Assembly (NCBI GenBank): GCA_000002445.1
Contig: CP000071.1
Location: 1,696,001 to 1,760,000, forward strand
Source: Trypanosoma brucei
Lineage: Eukaryota
Direction: 5' to 3'
Length of the DNA stretch: 64,000 nucleotides
Numbering within the stretch: the first letter of the stretch is position 1; the number at the start of each line of letters is the position of its first letter. The notes under the pieces are model-generated. The model was not told the DNA's origin, searched no databases, and was given only the letters and a program-made list of their open reading frames with translations. This document shows positions 8,764 through 19,164 of this stretch, one piece after another. Made by a program: the position numbers and the translations under genes.

Positions 8764-10803
8764 ATGCTACACGCTAGTGGTAATGGCGCGGTAGGTGACG
8801 GTGAAGAGGAGTCTACTGGTTCCTTCATTCCTGACATGCAAAAAGTAAATGCAAAATTGCGTAACTTGCCTACGCTGGAACGACTCCTGCAGGAAAAAGA
8901 TCCCAATGAGTTCACAGATGAGGAAATGGGCAACGCTCTGAAGTTTGTTGAGGCAATTGCGGGGACTGAGGTGTCGACGACTCAAACCATTGAGCAACAG
9001 CTCCGTCAGCTCATGAAAAAATATTCTGTTGTAATAAAGAAATCACTGCTTCTCGCTGCATACAGGAAGTGGTTAGCAGAGGACCAACGGCGGACCGGCA
9101 ACGCCGTGTTGGAGCGTTACTTAATTTCGAAAGCCCCACGCAGTCAGTCAGGGGTGCTGGTAGTGACTGTCTTTACCTCCGCCTACCCGGAGGGGCAAAA
9201 GTTTAGCTGCAAGTGGAATTGCTACTATTGTCCCAACGAGCCCGGGCAGCCGCGTAGTTACCTCCTTAACGAACCTGGTGTGCGCCGTGCAAACCGCTTA
9301 GAATTCGACCCCTACCGCCAGTTTCAGGACCGTGTGAGGTCGCTTGTCGCTATTGGTCACCCAGCGGACAAGGTAGAGCTTTTGGTACTGGGAGGTACGT
9401 GGGAAAGCTACCCACTCTCCTACCGTGAGACTTTCATTAGGGATCTTTTTTACGCCGCTAACACATTGTATGATGATGATGCGAGTAACAGCGACTCTAC
9501 CGTTACCGAAGAGAGGAAGAGGGGTGCGACCGCCGGGGAAAGTGGAAGACCACGGCCTCCACTGGACTTACTGCAGGAGCAACTCCTGAATGAAACAGCC
9601 GCTTGTAAGATTATTGGGGTAACCCTTGAAACGCGGCCCGATACCGTGAATGAGGAAATGTTGCGGCAGCTGCGTCGGTTTGGTTGCACACGCGTACAGC
9701 TTGGTGTGCAGCACACAGATGATGCAGTCCTGCTTGCGGTCAATCGGCAATCCACGAGGGATGAGGCGGTTCACGCCATTAAGTTGCTGAAGGACAGCTG
9801 CTTTAAAGTTGATATCCACCTAATGCCAGACCTTCCGGGGTCTACACCAGAGAATGACAAGAAAATGTTTTCTGACGTTCTATACTCACCCGAGCTACAG
9901 GCTGATCAGTGGAAAATTTATCCCTGCCAAACGACGCCCTTCAGCGTTATCGAAGAGTGGTACAAGGAGGGAAAGTATCAACCCTATGGTCTTACCAATT
10001 TGATTGACGTCATTCTCTTTGCTAAACGGCGCGTTCAACCATGGGTGCGACTCAACCGTGTAGTGCGTGACATTCCGCATGATTACATACTTGGTGGAGT
10101 GGACGTGTCAAATCTCCGCCAGCTACTTGCGGTTCGCCTTGCTGAGGAGGGTTCCCGCTGCCAGTGCATCCGCTGCCGTGAGGTTAAGGGTGATGCAGCA
10201 GCTGCTGCAAAGCTTCGAGAGGCTGTGCTGGTGGAGCGGCGTTATTCGGCGAGTGAAGGAGAAGAAGTGTTTGTCTCCTGTGAATCAGCTGATGGTTTAA
10301 CACTTTTTGGTTTCCTGAGAATTCGAATTCATATAGAAAACTGGGAAACACCTTTCGAGGAGCTTAAATCGTGCGCGTTAATTCGAGAATTGCATGTGTA
10401 TGGCAGCCTTGTCCCGGCGCACACAGAGGCAGACAACGCTAAAGCACAACACCGCGGGGTAGGTACAAAGCTGTTACAGCGGGCGGAAAGCATAGCTCGG
10501 AAAGAAGGATACCACCGCATCGCCGTTATTAGCGGTGTAGGGGTGCGCAATTATTATCGTTGCAAAGGTTACGCTCTCTTTACAGGTCCCGAATCCGGAG
10601 ATTTTCTCATAAAGGAGTTGCAAGATGGCGAAGAAAGTGAAAAAGCTAAGGTGGATGACCATCAACAGTGTAGCAATGATGCGAACCAGAGGGACTCGAC
10701 ACAGGCTGCTGATGGTGGGGACGCAGCTGGTTCCGTTATTACAAGCCTGTGGAGCCGCTTAACTTCCTTTTGGCAGGGGCTTAAGCGGCCCCGAGGCCAG
10801 TGA
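8764..10803 (+). CDS. ELP3: Elongator complex protein 3 (ELP3): radical-SAM plus GNAT acetyltransferase domains, with a C-terminal acidic/Gln-rich extension
   Basis: It carries the radical-SAM Cys cluster region (FSCKWNCYYCPNEPGQPRSYL) and conserved ELP3 blocks (GHPADKVELLVLGGTWESYP, GVTLETRPD). A GNAT-type C-terminal domain follows (RHRGVGTKLLQRAE...). I trimmed the GTG start at 8749 to the ATG at 8764. Confidence 0.9.
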   Translation: MLHASGNGAVGDGEEESTGSFIPDMQKVNAKLRNLPTLERLLQEKDPNEFTDEEMGNALKFVEAIAGTEVSTTQTIEQQLRQLMKKYSVVIKKSLLLAAYRKWLAEDQRRTGNAVLERYLISKAPRSQSGVLVVTVFTSAYPEGQKFSCKWNCYYCPNEPGQPRSYLLNEPGVRRANRLEFDPYRQFQDRVRSLVAIGHPADKVELLVLGGTWESYPLSYRETFIRDLFYAANTLYDDDASNSDSTVTEERKRGATAGESGRPRPPLDLLQEQLLNETAACKIIGVTLETRPDTVNEEMLRQLRRFGCTRVQLGVQHTDDAVLLAVNRQSTRDEAVHAIKLLKDSCFKVDIHLMPDLPGSTPENDKKMFSDVLYSPELQADQWKIYPCQTTPFSVIEEWYKEGKYQPYGLTNLIDVILFAKRRVQPWVRLNRVVRDIPHDYILGGVDVSNLRQLLAVRLAEEGSRCQCIRCREVKGDAAAAAKLREAVLVERRYSASEGEEVFVSCESADGLTLFGFLRIRIHIENWETPFEELKSCALIRELHVYGSLVPAHTEADNAKAQHRGVGTKLLQRAESIARKEGYHRIAVISGVGVRNYYRCKGYALFTGPESGDFLIKELQDGEESEKAKVDDHQQCSNDANQRDSTQAADGGDAAGSVITSLWSRLTSFWQGLKRPRGQ

Positions 10804-10817
10804 TATGTGTGACTCCT

Positions 10818-10829
10818 CCCCCCCCCCCC
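10818..10829. repeat. C12 homopolymer
   Basis: cctcccccccccccct lies immediately after the ELP3 stop codon. Confidence 0.85.
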
Positions 10830-11583
10830 TATATGTTCATTGGGGATGCAGCAATATCCGCAACCAATCATATGGAGGGTGGAGCTGCGGGGGGAAGCGT
10901 ATCTACAATAGCTAAAGTTCAACTCCTCTCTGCTTCAAGGAGTCCCAGATTTTGCCGTAAGACAATGAGTGGTGTTTTCACGTACGAGTAAGGTTTTAAC
11001 TAGTTTGATGAATATTAGTATTGACAGTGTTCTATCTAATACCCTTCTGCTTTGCCGCGGCACACGATCTCTATATGTGCGCCACGTTTATTTCGGTATC
11101 TTCACTCCTTCCCTCCCCCCCCAATTCCAAACTTCCCATCTTAGCTCTTGTTGTTGTTGAACTGAAACCATTGGTGGACACCAAAAACAGTTCTTGCTAC
11201 ACGTCACCACCGCACGCTGTCGCCGGATTAGCAAGAGATATTCCAGCAGTGTTACCCAGGTGCACAATTCGGTTACGGTGTTCAAGCTGGAATTCCTCGG
11301 CGTGGGCAGTGCTCTGCCTGAGCAGCAATAAGGTCTAGCGCGACCCCGTGCGTTGGCGTTAATAACAAAGTAGTAGGTCCGCTGACGTAGAGGTGACTCA
11401 CATAGCTGGATAGGATTTAATTCTTTGGCCAACCTGTTCTGTGTAATATACTTCTGACCATAGCGGACGAAGGAGGAAGTGCTCATATCTTTTCTCTAAG
11501 GAAAAGGCGTGACCAGGCTTCGATACAGCGAAACGCAAACGTACAAACATATATACCGGTGAAGTGTGTCCCATCTCAGAAGC

Positions 11584-12114
11584 ATGGACGTCAACTGTAC
11601 ATTGATTGAGTGCCTGGACGCGAAGGACAACAAGCGTGTTCTTTTTAACTTCCTCATTCTTGACGCCCCATCACCGAGTAGCCTACCAGCATATCTGAAA
11701 GCACTGCAACGGCGGCAGGTGCGTCACCTTGTACGTGTGTGTGGTCCGACATACGACGCCACCCTCGTCGAGAAAAATGGCATTGAGGTGCACAGCTGGC
11801 CCTTCGACGACGGTGCGCCGCCCCCGCGTGGGGTGTTGGAATCCTGGTTCCGTTTGCTGGACACCGAAAAGGCCCATCTTGATTCTGGCGACATCAAACA
11901 GCCGGCCACTATCGCAATCCATTGCGTCGCTGGACTCGGCCGGGCCCCGATCCTCGTTGCTGTGGCGCTTGTGGAGTACGGCGGCTTAGCTCCACTTGAC
12001 ACCATAACGCTCATTCGTGAGCGGAGGCGTGGGGCGATCAACCAAACGCAGATGCACTGGCTTGTAAAGTACAAGAGACGTGGTGGTAATGGGGGAGGTT
12101 GCGCCATCATGTAA
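11584..12114 (+). CDS. PRL-type (phosphatase of regenerating liver) protein tyrosine phosphatase with a C-terminal CaaX prenylation box (CAIM)
   Basis: It has the CX5R active site (HCVAGLGRAP), the WPFDDGAPP WPD-loop motif typical of PRL phosphatases, a polybasic stretch (KYKRRGG) and a terminal CAIM. I trimmed the GTG start at 11566 to the ATG at 11584. Confidence 0.85.
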   Translation: MDVNCTLIECLDAKDNKRVLFNFLILDAPSPSSLPAYLKALQRRQVRHLVRVCGPTYDATLVEKNGIEVHSWPFDDGAPPPRGVLESWFRLLDTEKAHLDSGDIKQPATIAIHCVAGLGRAPILVAVALVEYGGLAPLDTITLIRERRRGAINQTQMHWLVKYKRRGGNGGGCAIM

Positions 12115-14008
12115 ACCTCTGCTGAGAGACTAAGTGATGGTGTTCTAATCTGTTTATTATCAATCGATCCGCGTACATATATATATATGTTGGTGTGTAC
12201 ATAAAGGTGAATAGGAAAATGGAAGTTAAGTAATTTATTACAAGTGATGGGTAGGGGACTGCATCCAATGCACGCGTAGGTACGCATACTCACGCTCACA
12301 TATGTAGAGGGAAAAAACAAAAAAAGAGGCGGAGGAACATGGACATGCGCGACAGTGGTGAAAATGAATGGAGAGGATCGACCTCAAGGACGATCGAAAA
12401 GGGAACGCGTTATAAAAGGTGTTGCGAACCTTTGCAGGGAGTAGTTATGAACTTCGGTTTTCACTTTGAGTCAATTAGTTCGGCTTTTTTTTGTCGGGTT
12501 GCCGTCACCCCTGTATGAGGGTGGTTGCAATATGAAGGTGGTAAAGATTTAGTGCATACGGTACTGCTCGGTACAAGTTTCTTTCCACTATGTGCCTGTG
12601 TGTATGAATTGTGTTTTTTAAAAGCAATATGCACCTCTACGTTACTTTCATTTGGTTGCCCCCCTCCCAACTTTTTCCTCCCTGTACTGTTGTTCAGACA
12701 CTTGCGAAACGCTTTCATTTGCCCATCCCCACATTCACCCCCCTTAGTCAAACATCTCGAACCTTTTGTTATCACCTTTCTTTTCTTTTTTTTTCCAATC
12801 TACACTACCTGGCACCTTTAAAGAGTGGGGAAAGGGGGCTTTTCTTCCCTTCTCTCTCTTCCGGTGTCACTTTCTCCTTTTTTTTCTTACGTTTGTTCCG
12901 TGCGAATCCCCTCGCACGTGGGGCGGACCGTTTGTCTGCTCATTTCTTTATTCCTTTCCCCGTCGTCAGAGACGGTGAGCGCATGTGTCGGAACGTGGCG
13001 TGCCAACTTGCGTATGAATGGTTGGATGGGAATTTCTTCGGTAGAATAATGGAAGAGAATGTTCTAGAGGGAAGTGTGTACTCAAACACTACCTTCCGCT
13101 GAATATGAAGCGGAATGGGCTTATGTCGAAGAGGGCGAGAGTGTAGGGGTGAGTGAAAGCGAGAGTATTTTTCAATCAAACCATTTAGGAAAGCGGTGTG
13201 CGATTAAAAGTGCGATTGACTGGGGGGAAAAATGGGGGAGGGAATGGGGTTGAAGGATACATTAATAACAAGAGAACGCAAAGGATATCAAATGGGATGA
13301 ATGGTGGAGGCTATACTTGTGAAGTCATCGAAACTGTGTGGAGAAAAGAAAACTGATAAGGAGAGGAAACGACAGAATCAGATGATACTGAATGCGAGAA
13401 GAGTGAAAAGGACAGGGGAACAAACAGAAATGTGCGAGATTATCTCAAATTGGACTGAGATTACACGACAGAGAAGAGGAAAAAGATAGTTTTGGTTTTC
13501 AGTTGGCTCAAGGGGCATTGGCGGAAACAGAAACAGAAACTGTTGTGGCTGTGGCTGCGGGTCCCGCTACAACTTCTGTCTCTTTCGGGGTACACCACTC
13601 CGTTTCCTCCAGTCACCTTTTGCTTTCATTTAATAAAACAGTCAAACAGTGGAGGCCTTGTGTATCGTGTTTATTTGCGGCCAACATTGCTTCCATTACC
13701 GTGAACCCTCCTTCCTTTCCCCTTCTACTCCCTCCCTCCCTCCCGTTGTCCGTTTTGTGTCTGTTCTTTCAATTTTACTGCAACCTGGGCTAACGTTACT
13801 ATAATTTACCCAGTCCTACTCCCCGCACCCTGACTTTCCTCGCCTACCCATATAGGGCATTTTTCGTTTTCTCCCCTCCTCCTTTGCGTCTGTAGCTGCA
13901 TCATCACTATATTTGTGTCCTCACGCTTGCCACCTTGTCCATTGTTACTTGTCACTTTTCTCCCCTAAACCACCAGTCGCTGTTTTTTTTTGTTTTTGCG
14001 GTGTAGTA

Positions 14009-14485
14009 ATGAAACACAAAGATGCTCGCGGTGGTTCGACACCGTACTTTGCCATAACGAATAACAAGACAGGCGAAGTGTTGTTGGAGGTAGCGGGGCC
14101 GCTTCCACCCACCGCGGCGTCTCCTCCCCCCGTGGAAGAGGAGTGCTGTGGTCTTTTCAACGATGCCCTTATCTTCATAACAGAGGTTCAGACGAGGAGC
14201 TACGATTTGTTCGGTCGCATTGTGGCAAAACCGACTGAGTCCCATTCAACCTCCAGCGCCTCGGCGGGCGCCGCTAAACCGCGGGATCGCTTCATGGAGG
14301 CGATAATTCCCGAGGAGGCAACAAATTCAAGTGTAATAAATTCGGCGGAGTGGGAAGTTGATGGTGAGGATGACGGTGTTAATGACGAATGCGACCAGTT
14401 TAGCACAAATAGCGGTGACGCCGGCACTGGGGTTGATTGTAACATCTTTGCAGTCGGCCCGCCGCCAAAAAGAGTGAAGAAGTGA
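14009..14485 (+). CDS. hypothetical protein (158 aa) with an acidic C-terminal region and a basic tail (PPPKRVKK)
   Basis: It is an ORF downstream of polypyrimidine tracts at 13690-13800 and 13960-13995. I trimmed the start to the first ATG (MKHKD...). No confident family assignment is possible. Confidence 0.4.
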   Translation: MKHKDARGGSTPYFAITNNKTGEVLLEVAGPLPPTAASPPPVEEECCGLFNDALIFITEVQTRSYDLFGRIVAKPTESHSTSSASAGAAKPRDRFMEAIIPEEATNSSVINSAEWEVDGEDDGVNDECDQFSTNSGDAGTGVDCNIFAVGPPPKRVKK

Positions 14486-14892
14486 TTGAGTCTGCAGAAG
14501 CCTCTGAGGTAAGTGGTGAGTGACCTGCAGATTTTTTTTTGTGAGGTACGTACGCTGCAGATGCGCTGAGGACAATATCATCGCCTTCTCCTTTTTGGTA
14601 TGCGGAGGAGGGTCACTCAAGTTGAGGTTCATGTGAAGGGGAATGAAAATGTGTGCATGTGGAAACTTCTCTTTCTTGCTCATGCGTGTCTGTAAACTAT
14701 TACAGCGATGACCGTACTCTTGCTGATTGCTCAGCAACGTCGGTAGTGGGCACCTTGTTCCTCTGATATCATCCGCTAGTTTGTGAATGTTGCGCAGTGT
14801 GCCCACCCGATGCGTCACTTAGCTCCTCTTTTTCTATGCACGCCCTTGTACATTTTGGAAATGAAGGATGGTTAGTTTCCACCTGCACTTGG

Positions 14893-15750
14893 ATGACTGA
14901 GGAGTATGTCCACACGGTTGTAGCGGGTACAATATCTGGCGCGGCTGGTGTATTGCTAGAGTACCCACTCGACACCATAAAGGTTCGGCTGCAAATGGGT
15001 GGTGGTCGTTACACCGGGTACTTCAATTGTGCATCGCGCATGATACAAGAGGAGGGTACACTTTCTTTGTACAGTGGAGTCTCCACACGCATTGTGGGCT
15101 CTGCCTTCGAGCACGCCGTTGTGTTCTCCTCGTATAAGTGGACGCTTAGAGCTGTCGGGACAGATGAACAGCATCCAAGAGTGTGGCAGATCGCACTTGG
15201 CGGAGTTGGTGGTGGGGCCATGTCTACTGTTTTGCTCACACCACTAGAACTGGTCAAGTGCCGTATGCAGGTGGCAAACGTGCAACCCGGTGCAAAGTGG
15301 CGAAACGGCAGCGTCGCCGACTGTGCTGCAAGTATTGTGCGTGAGGGTGGGCTAACGGCACTTTACAAAGGTGGGCTTGCGATGTTGGCAAGGGAAATCC
15401 CGGGAACGGCAGCATATTGCGGCACGTATGATAAACTGAAAGAGTTTCTCACACCAGAAGGGGGTTCAACCGCAAATTTGTCGATTTGGAGTTTAATGTT
15501 TGCCGGTGGATGTAGTGGTGTTGCCTTTTGGACCATATTTTTCCCTGCTGATGTGGCCAAGACGAGGATGCAAGTGGACCCCGCTTTCGCTAAAGTGGGA
15601 TTCTTGGAGGCCCTTCGCCGCATATACATAGAAGGGGGCATGCGACTGCTCTACCGGGGCTGGACGGGCACAGCTGTGCGTGCATTTCCGTCTAATGCGC
15701 TAATATTTGCGGTGTTTGATTTAACCATGTACGCCCTCACCAGGGATTAG
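14893..15750 (+). CDS. mitochondrial carrier family (SLC25) protein
   Basis: It has three tandem carrier repeats with signature motifs PLDTIKVRLQ, PLELVKCRMQ and PADVAKTRMQ. The start is uncertain: I chose the ATG at 14893 (MTEEYVH...) downstream of the polypyrimidine tract at about 14820-14832. The ATG at 14836 (MHALVHFG...) is the alternative. Confidence 0.8.
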   Translation: MTEEYVHTVVAGTISGAAGVLLEYPLDTIKVRLQMGGGRYTGYFNCASRMIQEEGTLSLYSGVSTRIVGSAFEHAVVFSSYKWTLRAVGTDEQHPRVWQIALGGVGGGAMSTVLLTPLELVKCRMQVANVQPGAKWRNGSVADCAASIVREGGLTALYKGGLAMLAREIPGTAAYCGTYDKLKEFLTPEGGSTANLSIWSLMFAGGCSGVAFWTIFFPADVAKTRMQVDPAFAKVGFLEALRRIYIEGGMRLLYRGWTGTAVRAFPSNALIFAVFDLTMYALTRD

Positions 15751-16207
15751 TGCGCCTAAGGGGAAGGAGACATTACCAGCGCCACTTGCTGGGCTGGCTC
15801 CTGCAAAGGCGAAGATGCGTGAGTTAACTTTTCTGCATCGCCAATCGATGTGGCCCATGTAAACTTTGTCGCGACCCACATTCGGTGGCACACCTTTCTT
15901 TTTCCATTTCCATTCCCTTGCGACACCACGAACGGGGGCCGTGAATCGTCGAATGGCAGAATATTGTGGCCCTTTTCGATTTGTCCGTGGAGTGTTGAGA
16001 CGCCTACTCGTACTTTATGGTCTGCAGTATCATTGCTGCGTTTTTTTTTTCCTTCATCCGTGCACTCGTGGTACCCTGTCAAATTACACTTCTATGCCCA
16101 CTCTTGTTTGTTCTCGCATTATATTCCCACAAAATGAATACTGAAGCAACAGCCACGTTAACAACTGGTGAGCACTAAAACTCTTTTTTTTTCCCCTTGC
16201 GACCCGT

Positions 16208-17344
16208 ATGGAGCATGAGAGGGGGAGTGGGCTCACTTTGGCGCCGATGAAGAAGAAGCGAGGTCAACACCAACAACATGCCATACCAGGTAGTCAGAAG
16301 CGTGTAACTGGCACTCGCATCAAAAGAGGTCTCGATGAATTGTACAATCTGGATGCGGTGCCTCAGCAACAATCACAGGAAAGTCAACCTTCGCCTGGGC
16401 GAGTAAGCAAATGTAACGACAGGGGAAAGGGGAAAAGCTCCAAGGCCTCCTCTACGGCCGAAAATCCTTTGATGCGAAGTGCGGTACAAGGGATATCTAC
16501 TAATGGTGAAAAGACTGCTGTATCGGTGGCACAGAGGAAGGAAGATGACGGACCCATTGTGGCAACTGCAATTATAAAAATGGCTGATACTTCTGAGTAC
16601 TGTGGAAGTTCACCTCCCACCGTATTTGGCTACAATTGGGAAGAGTGGAAAAGTGTCAAACAACACCTGTTCAACCCAACGGAGACGGCTGGTTCGGCGG
16701 CGGCGCGGCGCAAGGCACTCGACCACATTGAGCTTGTGTGGAAGGCTCGCGCCCGTGAGGGTCGACCACTTCCTTCCTATGTGGAATCAACAGCAATGTT
16801 ATTGGAAGCTGTTTCGCTTGATGAGAGCAACAAGATGTCATCAATAGCAATTACAGCACTCTACGGTGCCGTGATATCCCGAGCTGTCCACGTAATGACG
16901 GGTGAATTCGCGCGAGGCGCAGACGACACGTATCGAAAGAGAGCTCAGGCGATTGGCTTCCCTGAAGAAGCAGTGGAAGTACGTCAACGTGTGTCACACG
17001 GCGCTTTACCGTTATTAACGGAGTTACGCTGGGTTTGTGGATTGGTGTTGCAGTTCCTGTTTCATAACTACTGGTTAGAACAGGAACGGCATTTGCACTG
17101 TATGGAACAAGAGGAAAAGGAGGCAGAGGTGGAGGTGGAGAAAGTGAACAAAAATACAAGGGACGCACATAAAGTTGTATCCAACCACGCAACAGTGGAG
17201 GAGATGCGTTGGCTTCTTGATGCGCTTAGCGATGATTGTGAGGAAGACGAAGATACTCCGGGTGGAGATTCGTGTGAAGAATGTACTAACGACGGTTTTC
17301 ATGATGCTGATACAATCCGTGTAGGTGATTGGACGCTCTCTTAG
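16208..17344 (+). CDS. hypothetical protein, possible Las1-like (pre-rRNA processing HEPN-nuclease family)
   Basis: It is a 378-aa ORF with an ATG start. The block FGYNWEEWKSVKQHLFNPTE...RRKALDHIELVWKARAREGRPLPSYVESTAMLLEA resembles the conserved Las1 N-terminal region (W-x-EW...LF...R..LP..VEsT..Ll), and a downstream RQRVSHG resembles an R-x4-H HEPN motif. The assignment is by eye only. Confidence 0.5.
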   Translation: MEHERGSGLTLAPMKKKRGQHQQHAIPGSQKRVTGTRIKRGLDELYNLDAVPQQQSQESQPSPGRVSKCNDRGKGKSSKASSTAENPLMRSAVQGISTNGEKTAVSVAQRKEDDGPIVATAIIKMADTSEYCGSSPPTVFGYNWEEWKSVKQHLFNPTETAGSAAARRKALDHIELVWKARAREGRPLPSYVESTAMLLEAVSLDESNKMSSIAITALYGAVISRAVHVMTGEFARGADDTYRKRAQAIGFPEEAVEVRQRVSHGALPLLTELRWVCGLVLQFLFHNYWLEQERHLHCMEQEEKEAEVEVEKVNKNTRDAHKVVSNHATVEEMRWLLDALSDDCEEDEDTPGGDSCEECTNDGFHDADTIRVGDWTLS

Positions 17345-17777
17345 TTGAATAGTTGAATCTAACCGGAGACATGACGCACTGTGTGGGGTTTATATTTCGT
17401 TTAAGCGCTCCTTCACTGTGCAGCACCGAACACACGGTGGAAAAAAAACGATAATCTTAAGAATTTAAGAGTATTTGGGCTGGTAATGTTTGTTTGCTAC
17501 ACAAGGTTCAACCACGGCTTCTCATCTCAACTGTTTTTTTTTCTATTCCATTCCCTTTTAATTTTAGCATTGCTCGTTAGGAGATATCATAGTGGTGTCC
17601 AACACACGGTAGAAAGCTGTGCGGGCTGCATCGAAGAGGTTGACGTCATATAAATCCCAAAGCCACGCGCGTAGTGGCCGGTCAGGTTAAAAATAGAAAA
17701 AGACATCTTGGAAAGGAGGGAGGAAACAGAAAAGGCACGGCGAGGAGAGTACACTAACTGACAACCAGAAGGTAGCT

Positions 17778-18812
17778 ATGGAGTTCGTTGCAGAGGCACA
17801 TGGTTACCTCATCACGGGGTTAGCGCTGGATTCTCAGGGCGATCTGTTTGCTATTTGCTCATGCAGTGGTGAACTGCTACGGCTGAACAAGGAAGAAAAT
17901 ACGCTAGTTTCCATTATGGCCACAGAGGCATCACCGTATAACATAGCTATCGAGCCCAACAGCGGTAGCGTATTTATTACCGATCGCTCCGAGAACGCTA
18001 TACTTAAGCTGGAGGACGCAGCTACTGTTAGGGCTGAGCAAGAACTTAGAGAGGGAAAGGACCAGGAATCTCAGGCTGCATATACTACAGTGCAGTATCT
18101 TAACGCATTTGAGGGTCGTTCGTTCCTTGGCCCCACTGCCATTGCCTTCAGCCCTAGCGGGGAACTATTCTTCACTGATGCTGGAGCAGAAGGGGACTCC
18201 TCCTTTTCCGACCCCGTGGGGGCTGTTTATCGCACGACGATGAATCATGAACACCTCGTACCGATCTGCACGCGCGGTCTCATACGTCCTTCTGCAATCG
18301 CCGTCGCACCCGACAACAGCGTGTACGTGTGCGAACAGGGCACAAATCGTGTCCTGCGTTTCGTGCAGCGAAGTACGTTCTATGTTGGCAATGTGTTTGC
18401 GCAGTTGCAAGGCGGCATGGGACCAAGGGCCATCGCAGTAAGTCCACGAGACGGTTCCGTGTTTGTCGCACAATATGACATCAGCGCCGTAGAAGCGCCA
18501 ACTGAGGAAGGCGAAAGCGAAAAGGGGAACGAGGACGCTGGCGAAGGCGAAGGTGGGGACGACGGCAAGGTCCAGAACCAGAGCGCGCTCGAAAGTGCGG
18601 GTGAAGGAGGAATCATCACGGTGCTTGGAAGGGACGGGGATGTGCGGGGAATTGTGCGCACAATGCGGCCCTGCATAACTGCAATAGCACTGGATGCGAG
18701 TGGTGAAACGCTGTACGTCATGGAAGGAGATGAGGCGAACGGTAGTTCTAAGTTGTATAAACTGCAGGTTCTTCCTTTGGACGACCAGCAGTGTGGGGGT
18801 CAAGCGGAGTGA
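17778..18812 (+). CDS. NHL-repeat / six-bladed beta-propeller protein with an acidic insertion
   Basis: It has repeated NHL-like modules (VFITDRSENAILKL, LFFTDAGAEGD, VYVCEQGTNRVLRF, VFVAQYD, LYVMEGDEANGSSKLYKL) and an acidic low-complexity insert (EEGESEKGNEDAGEGEGGDDGK). Confidence 0.65.
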   Translation: MEFVAEAHGYLITGLALDSQGDLFAICSCSGELLRLNKEENTLVSIMATEASPYNIAIEPNSGSVFITDRSENAILKLEDAATVRAEQELREGKDQESQAAYTTVQYLNAFEGRSFLGPTAIAFSPSGELFFTDAGAEGDSSFSDPVGAVYRTTMNHEHLVPICTRGLIRPSAIAVAPDNSVYVCEQGTNRVLRFVQRSTFYVGNVFAQLQGGMGPRAIAVSPRDGSVFVAQYDISAVEAPTEEGESEKGNEDAGEGEGGDDGKVQNQSALESAGEGGIITVLGRDGDVRGIVRTMRPCITAIALDASGETLYVMEGDEANGSSKLYKLQVLPLDDQQCGGQAE

Positions 18813-19164
18813 TGTACCAAATAAATGGAATGTTTATTCCCATTCGGCACTCATATTTATTTATTATTTTTGTGCATGTACAGAGAGAAAACAAAAGTTG
18901 AGGGATCCCCCATGCAGAGTTTTGGGCACCTCCAACTAGACGAGAGCACTAATATCAGCAGTGGTGTTTTCATTAGAACGTGTCAGCTCGACGTTCCTGC
19001 AACTTGGCCCTCTTTTAATCTCAATCCACCTTTACTGAGGAACGCTTCTATCCCACCGCTCACTTGCTTGTGGGCCCGTCAACCCTCGCTCTACCTCCCC
19101 TTCCCCCCCCTTCCACACGTTTACCTGTTTCATTGCCTCATCATATACTTGATTAGCAGATCCA

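Noticed and set aside
12611-13102. 163-aa + strand ORF rich in F/L/S/P in the spacer before the 14009 gene
   Set aside because: It is the translation of a long polypyrimidine (T/C-rich) intergenic tract, with low-complexity composition and no start context. It is typical UTR/splice-signal sequence rather than coding.
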